Below are positions 1 to 10,520 of a DNA stretch of 64,000 bases, one piece after another. The number at the start of each line of letters is the position of its first letter. Position 1 is the stretch's first letter. The stretch is taken from positions 48,732,001-48,796,000 of the forward strand of contig CM060734.1 in the NCBI GenBank assembly GCA_030704615.1, written 5' to 3'. Source of the DNA: Takakia lepidozioides (Eukaryota; Plantae; Bryophyta). Made by a program: the position numbers and the translations under genes. The notes under the pieces are model-generated. The model had not been told where the DNA came from. It was given only the letters and a program-made list of their open reading frames with translations, and searched no databases.

Positions 1-2069
1 GCCACCTCGTCTGCATGGCCTAACATCGGTCAGACAAGAACTTCATCATGACAATCGCGAGAAGACACAAAACAAGAACAAACACATGCTTACCTTCTCC
101 GCCGGCTCAACACAGGACACTGCGATGTGATGAAGTTTCTCCATCGACATTTCTGGTTTCATGGGTCTGGAGTAATGCAGTCCTATCTCCGCCAGGAACT
201 CGGCACCAACCAAGGGTCAGCGATTGCAACTTGCTTAACAAGTTTGGACCTGTACTTGGTCCGTGATTGCCTCCCTGCCTGCACAATGTGACTCTCTATC
301 GACGCGGCCGCCTTGTTGGGGGCATCATTCTCAAAGAACTGCCTTTTGGCATAGGCCAAGTCATCCCTGATGTTCGTCTGCATTCCCATACCCAGCGGAT
401 ACAGTCAGGCCACGGATCCCTGCAACAAATAACATTAAATCGGGAAATTTGAGATGAACCTCACCGAATAGAGGATCTCCACCATGGCGTCCAGTGTTGG
501 ACGGTACCAGGTGCGATCTGCTTTCGCAAGGGACTTCCTGTACAGCTCGGGATCGAGGGATTTTTGGAAGTCCGTCAGCGGTGCTGTTCCCACTTCTTGC
601 ACTCTGTAGAGCGTATGTGCCAGATGAGTTTCCACGAAGGCCCTCTCTGTTACCCTGCCATGGAGAAAAAAACAACATGAAAATATGATTTCGGCACAGC
701 AATCCAATTTCCAGTTCATAGAGTGCATGACAGTCAAGAACATTGTCTATTTCGGCGCCGCAATAGGCAGTACACAAAGATGTAGTTGTATACTTACAGA
801 TTTATATCCGCCATGGCACCCTTCAGCAGTCCTCTGTCCTTGACGTCCACCTTGACGACAATGCAGTCCACCATGTAATGCCAACTGATATCTTGCGGAT
901 GTATTTCAGCAATGTACTCTGTCCAGGCAAGCATCCTGTGGTTCCCGTCCCAAACGAAGAACATCTTCCCTTCCATGTGTGCGAATGTGGGATTAGTCTT
1001 CAGAGAGGCTTCAAATTCGGCATTTACAGTGTGCCAGTGGGGGCTCCAATTCTGAAGCTCCTCTGCAGTGGGGCCCCTTGTGACACCCTGGTCATTCTCA
1101 ATGGAAATGTAGAATGCTGTCGACCCCCGTCTATACCCCTCTCTGAAGTTGTGCTTCAGTCGATTGATGTCCCCTGGCAGTGCTTGCCTTACAACTGGAA
1201 GGCTAACCATGCGACACAAAGGAACTTTGAGGTTCTCCGGATACACCATGGAGCCCAAAACGCGGCCTATGTTGCTATGAGTCTCTGCCAGCAACCTGTT
1301 TGCTGCTATGTTCATGTCTCGTGCGCTCATGAGCATATCCGCTACCAGTTTCTTACTTCCAGCACCTCTCTCACTTCCCTCACCCCTCTCACCAGCCTGT
1401 CTACTGTCCTGGAGGTTTTGCTCCCCCGCAAGCTCCAACAGGTTCTGATCGTCATCAAGTCGCACCACGTTGTTGTCCTCTGCTTCTGTCAGCTCAATGG
1501 GCCGCCCTTCTGCAAATCCGACTCCGACATCTCCAGCGGCCTCCACCGCATCCGTGTTTTCTGAAACTGCCTGCAAACCCAATATCTCCGCTTCCAGTCT
1601 CCCTAGTGGTTTTACTGGCGAAGCCATGGGCTCCTTCTGCTTCCTCGGCTTCCGAACTCTAGGTGGGCTTTTCTGAGGCAATATCTGAGGTGTTGAATGA
1701 GGACTCGCCTGCTTCGATGCACTTCCACCTTGTGAGCGCAACACCCGGGCAGGAGTATCCAAAGTTGACTGTGTTGCCTCGCCCCTCTGCGATCCCTCCC
1801 CAGCTCCCATGTCAAACAAACAGGAAAACATGAGACACTGCAGGCCAAAAAAAAGGTGTAAAAGGAATAGTGCGTATGGAGTGCTTCACATCCGCGAAGC
1901 ACGAATCTCTCACTGGTGGGCGATCCGAGTCTCCGGATAACGAGGTCTGCATTTCCTGCATGAGACGGAGCTTAAGTCGTGTCGTCGGCGGCTTCCCAAA
2001 ATCCCGCGTCCTCCTCTTTGCCGGAGTCGCTTGACCTTCCACAAACTCTATGCTATCACTATGCTGCAT
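1..2069 (-). pseudogene. Spliced ParB/Sulfiredoxin-like (DGNHR motif) protein gene, copy 1; C-terminus runs off the window
   Basis: ORF 794-1831 contains FFVWDGNHRMLAW, a ParB/Srx-like motif. In-frame GT-AG exon chain: ~2069-1914, 1837-798 (phase-2 donor CT|GTAAGT), 654-465, 377-94, then an exon starting near 20. One apparent 1-nt frameshift near 205. The exon model is corroborated by the homolog at 60485-61204. Confidence 0.7.
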
Positions 2070-2318
2070 AAGGAGAGGAAACGCAGGAGAATGTCACTGC
2101 AGAAGGGCAAGGAGCGAGAGAGCGAAGCGGTGGAACATGCAACCACTATGCACGAGCAGATGCGTAAGCAGCCACGTCTCCGGAAGCGTTGCCACCGTCC
2201 ACCACTTTCTGCCGTATGGGTGATGAAGAGATTGCGACCCCTGACACGTTCGCACGGATGAAGTCGACTGGAACACGACGCGTGCATGTTCAAGCCACCA
2301 GTACAAGACGCTTTATCC

Positions 2319-3770
2319 GAATTGCGGCACCGAAATACCGTTCCGTTCACCGGATGCTGTTCCGGGAGCAGCCGGCATTGAATGAAATATCCGCACATCA
2401 TGAAACCCAACCGCCATGAAAATCCCCTGCCTATGACATTCAACAGTCAGGTCGGTACGTTCCATCAGCGGACGGTTGGAAGTGCTTTCATGCACAAACT
2501 TATGAATTTCGGCACCGCAATTCATCGCTTGCCCAGTCCTCATCCATCATGAAGAAACGTGTCAGTCGGATATCGGAGCCTTAATTGTTTCCGGGACAGT
2601 GGAGACGGCTGCACCTCGGCACATTTCATCCATATTTCGGCGCCGACATTCATCCAGCGCGAAGACTAAATCGGCACCATGCTGCGCTTTGCCGCCATCA
2701 TTGCCCCTGACGGATGCTGTCCATGCAATGTCTGGACATTTAACTATAATTTCGGCGCCGAAATTATACTTTATGTGCGGCAACGTCCTATGCGAAAAAA
2801 GACCACTTTATGGATACTGTCAGTTTCAAATGAAAACAACGGCTAAAATGCAATTAATTTTCCCCCAACATGAGAAAATATCCCCTTTCGACATTGGAAA
2901 ACGGCCTTTTGTAAGACAGAAGGGCTTGAATGTGCCGATTTCTGCATTAAATGCAGAATATTCGTGTTATCTTCGTCGGAATGGATTATCTCCAACGAAT
3001 TTCGGAACATAACATCATCCAGAAGCAAGAAGTAAGTGTCCGGTTCGGACGAATTTCGGCGCCGAAATTCATCCGTCGCATAGAAAATGTAATATTACAG
3101 TTACTCATTGCGGACAGTAAGGATGAATTTCGGCGCCGAAATTTATCCAAGTGAAGACAAAAGAAAATTAGAATTCCGGACTTGGATGAATTTCGGCGCC
3201 GAAATTCATCTGTCGCAAGGAAAAAAAAAATTAGAATAGAGGACTTGGATGAATTTCGGCGCCGAAATTCATCTCTCGCAAGGAAAAAGAAAAAGAACGG
3301 AGGTCTTCGGATGAATTTCGGCGCCGAAATCCATCCGCAGGACAGCAGAATTAGAGTCGGAAAATGACAATAAGAATGAATTTTGGCTTCGAAATTCATC
3401 AATTCTGCCTTTTCAGGATTACTGTCATTCGGATGTCGGCACCGAAATGCGGACACGTGGTGAATCACGACTGTAATCACGAACACATTCATCCGTATTT
3501 CGACATCCAAATTGAACACTTATGTGCAGAAACAATTTCATGAAGAAGATGTTCATCCGAATTTCGGCACCGAAATCCATCCGTTGGGTGCTTGCTCAGT
3601 TTCATGAGGTGAACAAATTACGATTTCTGTCGCCGGAATTCATCCCCTGGCTTCCAAATCTGTTACATGACAGAGATGTTCATCCAGATTTCGGTGCCGA
3701 AATTCATGGGAAGGCCTGATTTATTGTAGCCCAACTGGTGGTACATCACAATTCAGGCACCGAATATCCG
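2319..3770. repeat. Array of ~18 palindromes, consensus (GGAT)GAATTTCGGCGCCGAAATTC(ATCC), between the two divergent genes
   Basis: Near-perfect copies at ~3051, 3121, 3184, 3247, 3309; degenerate copies at ~2319, 2503, 2633, 2748, 3376, 3432, 3559, 3622, 3687, 3749. Spacing is mostly 62-65 bp. Confidence 0.95.
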
Positions 3771-3954
3771 ATGTGAACTTGCTGTTGTCGTCCGTTTTTG
3801 TAACGTACGTTACACACCTTCATCCATACGTGCACTGATCACCCATCCTGTTGGATACATAATCCTCCAGAAAATCATTGTGGTATTAGGTAGGACACAC
3901 TCTACTCATTGCAGGACTTCGTTGCGGAGCGTACCGAGAGGTCCCGTCTTCAAC

Positions 3955-6900
3955 ATGGACTTCCGTGTTTGGGTAAACGTGTACTTCCATCCTCATTCTC
4001 TGAAAGCTAAAATACCCTGCGACCAAGGATTTGCGATTGTCACTGAACAGTACTTGTGTGTGAAGTTCGGGCTCCGCCCTGGAACGGTGTTTTTGGAAGA
4101 GGAGACGAAGGATGCTTATGGAAATTTTCTGGAAAGTGCCGTCATTCTGCATGCAGATTTCGGAAAAGGCAAAGAGTGGCGGCTCCCAGCTTCTGAATCC
4201 ATCCGGTACAGTGCAATTGGTGAAATCGTGCCTAAAGAGTTCCCACGCTGGAACTTGGTTGATCCTCCTTCCACAAGAGGGTCTGGCGTGCAAGATGTGA
4301 AGTCTGCCATCAAGGATGTGGGCACCTCTTCACAAGCAGAGAAGCCCAATCATGTGAAAAGGGAAATGCAGGAAAACAGGGAAACAGTCGTCCACGACTT
4401 ATCCAGTGACGATGAAGACTGTATGGTCCTTCCATCGTATGTTTCGAAGTCGTCCGTCACTAGGAGTGTTCAGAAGTCGGCAAACAATGAGCATACACCC
4501 TCCGACTCAACTTCCGTCCGCTCAGTAATCGACATATTGCGGAGGATGAAGACAACGGGTTCCCGCTCCAGTGACCTTCTTAGGCTTGATTACGACAAAA
4601 CTCCAATCCATTCTGTGGAAACTTTGCCTGAAGTTGTGGATGGGAATGCTATCTACGAGTTCCCCGTAGTGCCGGCAGGCGCAGGCCCAGACGGCATGCT
4701 GGCAGGAATGAACAGGAAACATGACGGCCATCCTTGGTGTGTCACCAAAACTTCATTGTCCAACCTGGGTGATGGAGTTCGAGTGAGATATGTATTGTGT
4801 GCTGGGCATCTTAAATGTTTCTCGAGCACATGTTACCATTACACGAGCAAAGGCACCCGGAATGAGACTGACTGGATTGGCAATTCGTCGACCCCATTTT
4901 GGCCTCAAGGTAAAGTTCCTGCAGGGACGTTCAAGTGTGCCCATTGCAACACAGCCCCTACATGCATGGCAGTGTGCAACGCCAAGCAGTACTACGTCGG
5001 GACCGTCGGCCCAGCGTGCACCAGAGCATGCATTCACATCGGAAAGCATGACCACCCCGTCGTCAGAGGCAATTGCAGAGTCGCTTTTCAACAAGCCCAC
5101 GATATTATCAAGGAAGAGGTGTGGTTCCGGCTAGGAGCAAAACCAAAGCAGATACAGCTCGCATCCGCACATAGAATTGCAATTGCCAGAATAATGTCGG
5201 AGGACGGAAGCACAAGAGAGAAGCGGGGCAAGGGGGACATGAAGGAGCTGCTGGAAGCTGTCTCCCATGTGTGCAGCCCCAATGTCAGGAACCACATTGT
5301 CAGCTGCAAGAAATGAATCGGAAGAGGATCAGACATGCACTCCATCTTGGAAGTGAAGCGCACATGCGGCTACGACTTCATCCAAGGCAGCTTCTTTCCT
5401 GGTCAAGGCTCAGAGACGGACAGGTGCTTCATATTTAAGATGTCAACGTGCGGACCGGGGAGCGGTGTCGATTTGGTGAAGCGGATGACCAGTGGAGACC
5501 TCTCAAATTGTTGGGTCATGTTCGACCACATCCAGCAAATTACCAACCACGATTGGGTGACAATGGGGGCACATGTATACGACCCACATTGCAGAAAGTT
5601 GATGACCATTGCTATCTGCGAAATGAAAGGCGAAGACACAGATTCAGAGTTGCATATGTGGCGCGGAATTAATGAGCAAATGGCGAGAGCGAAGTTTGCC
5701 CCCCCCCCCCCCCCCCCCGATTTTAGGGGCTTCATGGCTGACAATGCCCAGGCAAACTGGGCTGCAGTTAGGAGGGTATATGGGGACGACCCAAAGACTC
5801 CAATGGAAGGTAAGGAGAGATCTTGCGGGTTCCACTTCATGCAAAGTTTGACGCAAAACACAAAAAGGTTCGTGGCATCACGCCACCGGCAGGATCATAT
5901 CAGTATGTGTCTTGCGTGGAAAAATGCAAATTCCATCGACGAGGCGGAGACCGAGTTTGCAACCATACGCGCCTGGTGGGTGTCTTCAGGGGCAGTGGAT
6001 GTGAAAGATCAGCCAAAACTGCAAACGTGGCTTGCGTGGTGGCACTATAGATTCCGCCAGTTTGGAGACTACATGAGACAGGTAAGACATTTCTGTACTT
6101 GACAATTGTTCTGTTTTGTGCTTAGACATTCTCCACAATGAGTGACATTTCTAATTTCCTTCAACATGACATGAGCTTGGAGGATGACACGGATATGCCG
6201 ACGACGAACATGGCCGAATCGGTGCACTCTTCCTGGCGTGCTTCCTCTGCGGCACATCTCGTTGACATGTTGACAACAGCAACAGAAAATATTGTGAGGG
6301 CCATCATGCAACAATCACGTTACTACCAGTTTCTGGGAGGAAAGCAATGGGGTATCGGACCTGACAGGCAGGAGATGCTGATGAGGGCGGCGCATCGTTC
6401 GACCAATCCCAAAAAATGGATTGCTGCATTGCGGGAAACAATAAGGTCAACGCCGTTACACAGTCGGGGGAACTGCCTGGAGGGCGATGTCCGCAGCCGG
6501 CCGGTGAAGAGAAGAATTGAGGACATGCCCGGAGGCGACGGGGATTCATGGAGATCAGATATGAACATCCGCACTCAACCTCGGGGCGCAACGATGTTGC
6601 GTCCCACGCCTCCTCCCAACATGACTCGTACCCCCTCTCCTACAGCATCCATGGAATCGCTGCCAAACTCGGGACACCATGCCGAGGATGAGCATGTTGC
6701 TCCTATTTTCGTTACCCAATACAACATTCCAATTGTGGAGCGAGATGTGTCGGCCTCGCAGTGGAGAATTGCACGGACCCGTCCGACATTTTGTGGCAAA
6801 TGTTGTGCTGTTCGTGTCGACACCAACCAGAGATGCAATGAGATGATTCGGAGGAGCCCGCAGGGCGGTGTGTCTGCCCCTTGCTTCACAGGGAGATTTG

Positions 6901-7595
6901 TGTGCGCAAAGTTTGTGGAGGCCACACTGAAGGAGTTTTGGTTCTACAGGCACGACATCATGTCTCGTGTGTTCGGTAAGCCCAAGTATGGTGTACAAGG
7001 CATGCCTGAACCACCGGCAGTCTGGCCTGTGGCAACTGGTACAGATCTTACCCTGGAGGAGGTAGACGCTCTAGGAAGTGCAGGGTTTCGACTGGTGGAG
7101 AGGACAGACGTTCCACGAAATCCAATTCCCAGTCGTCATCCTCCTCCCACGAGAAGCTCTTCGCCCCGCATACCGGTGGGTGACCCCACAGCTTGGCCCA
7201 CCCATCGGTGGGGGAAACTGAAAAGACGGCGGCCACCAACAAAGGCGAACGACACCAGGATGGCCAACACTCTTGCCTTGCCCTGCATAGTGCAAGGTTG
7301 CAGGGATGTTCCTCACCCCGGGATGGGGCGCATATTTCAGTTGTCAACAGCCGGGTCTGCTGCGCGCAGTGTCGTGTATGCAATCACGGTTTCTCAGTAC
7401 CCAGCTTGCAACTGTGAGGACTTCCTTGTTATGGAATCGAAGAATGCAACATACGTCCCCTGCAAACACCTTTATTACATTTTTCTGAAGCACATGAGTT
7501 GCATATCCGCAGTGGACGTCTTCATCCATGCTCCAACACTGAGTTTCAACGAGCTGCACAAGGCCCTACGGCAGGATACAGATCGAAGTGCTTGA
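3955..7595 (+). pseudogene. MULE/MuDR-type transposase: GCM-like Zn domain + DDE domain + C-terminal SWIM finger
   Basis: GCM/WRKY-like HDGHPW...CAGHLKC...C...CAHC...C...GKHDHP. DDE residues in WVMFDH, FMADNAQA, a CxxH (CGFH) and TTNMAESVH. SWIM motif CNCEDF...PCKHLYYIF. ORFs 3880-5316 and 5335-6102 share a frame, split by one TGA (5314-5316). A phase-0 intron starting at 6082 (CAG|GTAAGA) joins to the 6138-7595 frame. Confidence 0.85.
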
Positions 7596-8278
7596 CATTC
7601 CACATTCGGGAAGGAGAAAGTGGCAATTATATTACATTCATTTTCTTGCACCCTATTTTTTTGTGAGGAATTATACACTTGGTGGTGCCGCACCGCCATG
7701 GCTCTAGGTGCATTTCGGTGCCGTAATACATGAGAATGTGGTTTTTGGCCGTGAATGGCATGCGCATGCTTTTTTTATTTTGGTTGTCTATAAATGGATC
7801 TGAGTAAGGCATACATTGTGTGGAGATACACGAGCATTGAGGCCTATTTCAGCGCCGTTATTGGTCTGTATACTGCATAGTGCTTCCTTGTTACTGCTCT
7901 TCATTCAATTTGTGGTGATTTTGCAGCCCATCCTGGCATTTTCGTCCACCTTTATTAGAAGACTCCAATTTGCTACCAATACATTGACAGTGTTATGCAA
8001 ATGTGATGCATTTACAAGATTGCTAGTTCTGTGTCCCAGTGGGAAGGGTCCTACTGCACATTCCAGCATTTGCATACTGCACCTTATGCAAACAGCAATC
8101 CATACGACAAAGGACACGTCCTAGCATACTGGCAGTGAATTGCAAAAAACCTTAACAGAAGATTATCCAAGCATGTATATTCCCCATATGGCACAGGGAA
8201 GCTACTTGATTTCTGAATCAAAATGTATGTGCCATGAGTGTCGGCGAGTCGAAACATGTCTACTCTAGCATGCAAGAC

Positions 8279-8878
8279 CTATGGTCCCCTCGCCCAAGAA
8301 GAAGGAACTCGAACTGGCCTCTCAAGGACCTCCTGAGTGACCGGGTGCCGATATCTGAACAAAATGTCAGCGGTTTCTGTCGCCCGGTTGAAACGAACGA
8401 GGATGTCGTGTTTATCGATAGCGACCCCTTGGTAGAAGGACATTTTCACAGTGGGCCCTGTGTTCCCCTCCTCCTCATCCTCATAATTGAAGAGAATGTC
8501 CCCACTTTCCGAGCCAGTCCGTCCACGCGTGAAGTTTTCACCTATGCACTCATCATACGTCCACTCGCAACAATTCCAGTGATACAGCAATGTTGTGCGT
8601 GATCTGTTCGGCTCCCACTCAAGCGAAAAGTCCAGGTCCATGATGCATAGGAACCACCTGCTCCCCAGCCAGGGTCTAGGAGAATCGTGCAATCCTGGAA
8701 GAAACTCCATTGCTCTCAGCTGGACAAGACGAGGATCGTCCCTGTAAACATCTAGGAAGATAATGATGTCGTCTGCTTTCGGGACAATGACTCCTGTCTG
8801 GCGTCGATAGATGTGATTCGGGCACGACATGGCCTCACGACACAGCAAGAACTCAGAGTAGGGAGGAGATGGGCACAA
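8279..8878 (-). CDS. Uncharacterised accessory ORF of the MULE element (199 aa), convergent with the transposase
   Basis: Open frame with globular-protein-like composition, lying between motif-bearing non-coding DNA (7713, 7846) and the 9062 array. No recognisable motif; may have further exons toward 7900. Confidence 0.4.
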   Translation of the reverse strand: MCPSPPYSEFLLCREAMSCPNHIYRRQTGVIVPKADDIIIFLDVYRDDPRLVQLRAMEFLPGLHDSPRPWLGSRWFLCIMDLDFSLEWEPNRSRTTLLYHWNCCEWTYDECIGENFTRGRTGSESGDILFNYEDEEEGNTGPTVKMSFYQGVAIDKHDILVRFNRATETADILFRYRHPVTQEVLERPVRVPSSWARGP

Positions 8879-9061
8879 CAGAGAAGAGTGAAGAGCAAAA
8901 TGAGAGCGAGGCCGGCGGAAGAGGGATATATCATTGCTGCACTGCCAATGTCGTATGCGGCAGAATTTCTATTTCCTCCAACATGTGTGCTTTTAATAGA
9001 CAAATTTGCACCAGTTTCAGGAGAGTTTGCAAAACTCCCTCACCGTAAGGCGGGTATTTGC

Positions 9062-9545
9062 TCTCCGGAGCCCAATTTCGGCGCCGTTATTGGATGGACT
9101 GCGGAAGCTTCAGCCGAGAATTTTGTTTCCGGAGCCCAATTTCGGTGCCGTTATTGGTTGCACTACCCAGCCTTCAGCCGGGTATTTGGTTTCCGGACCC
9201 CTATTTCGGCGCCGTTATCGGCTGCACTCCGGTGGCTTCAGCCGAGTATTTGGTTTCCGGACCCAATTTCGGCGCCGTTATTGGCTGCAATCCGGAGGCT
9301 TCAGCCGTGTATTTGGTTGGCGGAGCCCAATTTTGGCACCATTATTGGCTTCACTCCCGAGCCTTCAGCCGGCTATTTCTTTTCCTGTGCCCAATTACGG
9401 TGCCGTTATACCCAACCTTCCTGCACTTCTGCAACTGTACTATCCACGGTTATAGGTCGCCATTGCGTTTTCGGAGTCTGCAAACCCGGATCCTAATTCC
9501 GCTTGCGTCTCTGCCTCTGGGATAATTTCGGTGCCGTTATTGCCC
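9062..9545. repeat. Subterminal tandem repeat, ~64-bp unit containing AATTTCGGCGCCGTTATT
   Basis: Core motif at 9074, 9138, 9202, 9265, 9329, 9393 and 9524. Confidence 0.95.
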
Positions 9546-9579
9546 AGAATTCAGTTTTTCTATGACCTGGCCTGGCAAT

Positions 9580-9823
9580 CCATGAGCCTGGGCTCCAAGT
9601 CATGAGCGGACACTGGTACTTATGAGCGGAGTGCTTCCAGGATGAGCGCGGAAATCTTCGAAAACCTTCTCTTCTTATACTACTTTCGATTATTTTATAG
9701 TTTTGGGCCCGAAAAAAATCTGCCGAAATTCGAAGTGTGTTACTTTGCGGCTCATGGGTGAGCCATGCCCGCTCATGAGCTCATGAGCTCATGGCTCATG
9801 AGCTCATGGAATAGCAACCCCCC
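9580..9823. repeat. Putative right terminal region of the MULE with clustered CATGAGC heptamers
   Basis: Repeated CATGAGC/GCTCATG at 9581-9650 and 9750-9810, ending ATAGCAACCCCCC. Confidence 0.6.
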
Positions 9824-10520
9824 GTCGAGAGCTTGGCTATTCAGAGCCACTCCGACTCTTCCGCTCATAACACTTCCTATTTCATGTTCTTGTTTCTTGG
9901 AGGGAACCACCTGCATGTAATTCTCACTCCTGATTGGCTGTGGACTGCTTAGATAATTCCTTATTTCCACCCCCCTCCATGGACATTTCCACCTGGAATG
10001 TCCAGTAGGACAGCACATGTGGCATAGGTTTCCCTTTTCTGAACTCGAAAAGGGTTCCGTTACCCTGGCACTGAATGCATTAATGGGCCCACAATTAGTA
10101 TTAGTTGTTGTACCAGGTAGGTACTTTGACAGCCCGTTTTGTCCTCTTGCATTATGAAACTTACTTTTGCAATCGATGCAGCGCGGTGTACTTCGCCTTA
10201 GCCGCCACGTGTCCGTTTCTAAACATGCCCCCGTCTTCCCTTCTCCGCGTGGCACATTCTCCAAGTTTGACTTCCAAACTTTTTCGTCGCTTGATGGCCA
10301 TTTTTTAAACGTTAATTCGCGTCCACCTGTCACTGACCCTATGGACTGTGTAATCTGTATGGGCTGTGTTGGGCTGTGATAGGTATGCGAACACCTGTAG
10401 TTCCCGCCCTGGTCATATATGCTCGGCTTAGCGACAAATGCTCCATACTCCGTTGGTATCACTGGCGCAGCTCGTGACTGCTTCTGCATTTCAACATGCA
10501 AATCGTGCTGCAATGGTTTG

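Larger units (their letters stand above)
1..9823. mobile_element. Large Mutator-like (MULE) DNA transposon, right portion (left end outside window)
   Basis: Contains a MULE-type transposase (3955-7595), two accessory genes and one motif (ATTTCGGCGCCG) spread through its non-coding parts. Ends in CATGAGC repeats followed by ATAGCAACCCCCC (revcomp GGGGGGTTGCTAT, a G-rich MULE-like terminus) abutting Gypsy sequence at 9824. TSD not checkable. Confidence 0.75.

Noticed and set aside
378-464. 45-nt intron (acceptor at 420) giving a premature stop in the ParB-like gene
   Set aside because: The acceptor at 378, with a CTGAC branch site, keeps the frame and matches the homolog's exon start.
878-1564. 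Long antisense ORFs over real genes (also 17416-18048, 18243-19004, 46312-47094)
   Set aside because: Shadow frames with no motifs.
2986-3519. ORFs with repeated FRRRNS/ISAPKF peptides (also 8813-9525, 41529-42134, 56002-56635)
   Set aside because: Translations of the palindrome arrays, open on both strands.
3051-3770. CRISPR-like geometry (28-bp palindromic repeat + ~35-bp spacer)
   Set aside because: Spacers are low-complexity and related to each other, repeats decay at both ends, there are no cas genes and the context is eukaryotic.
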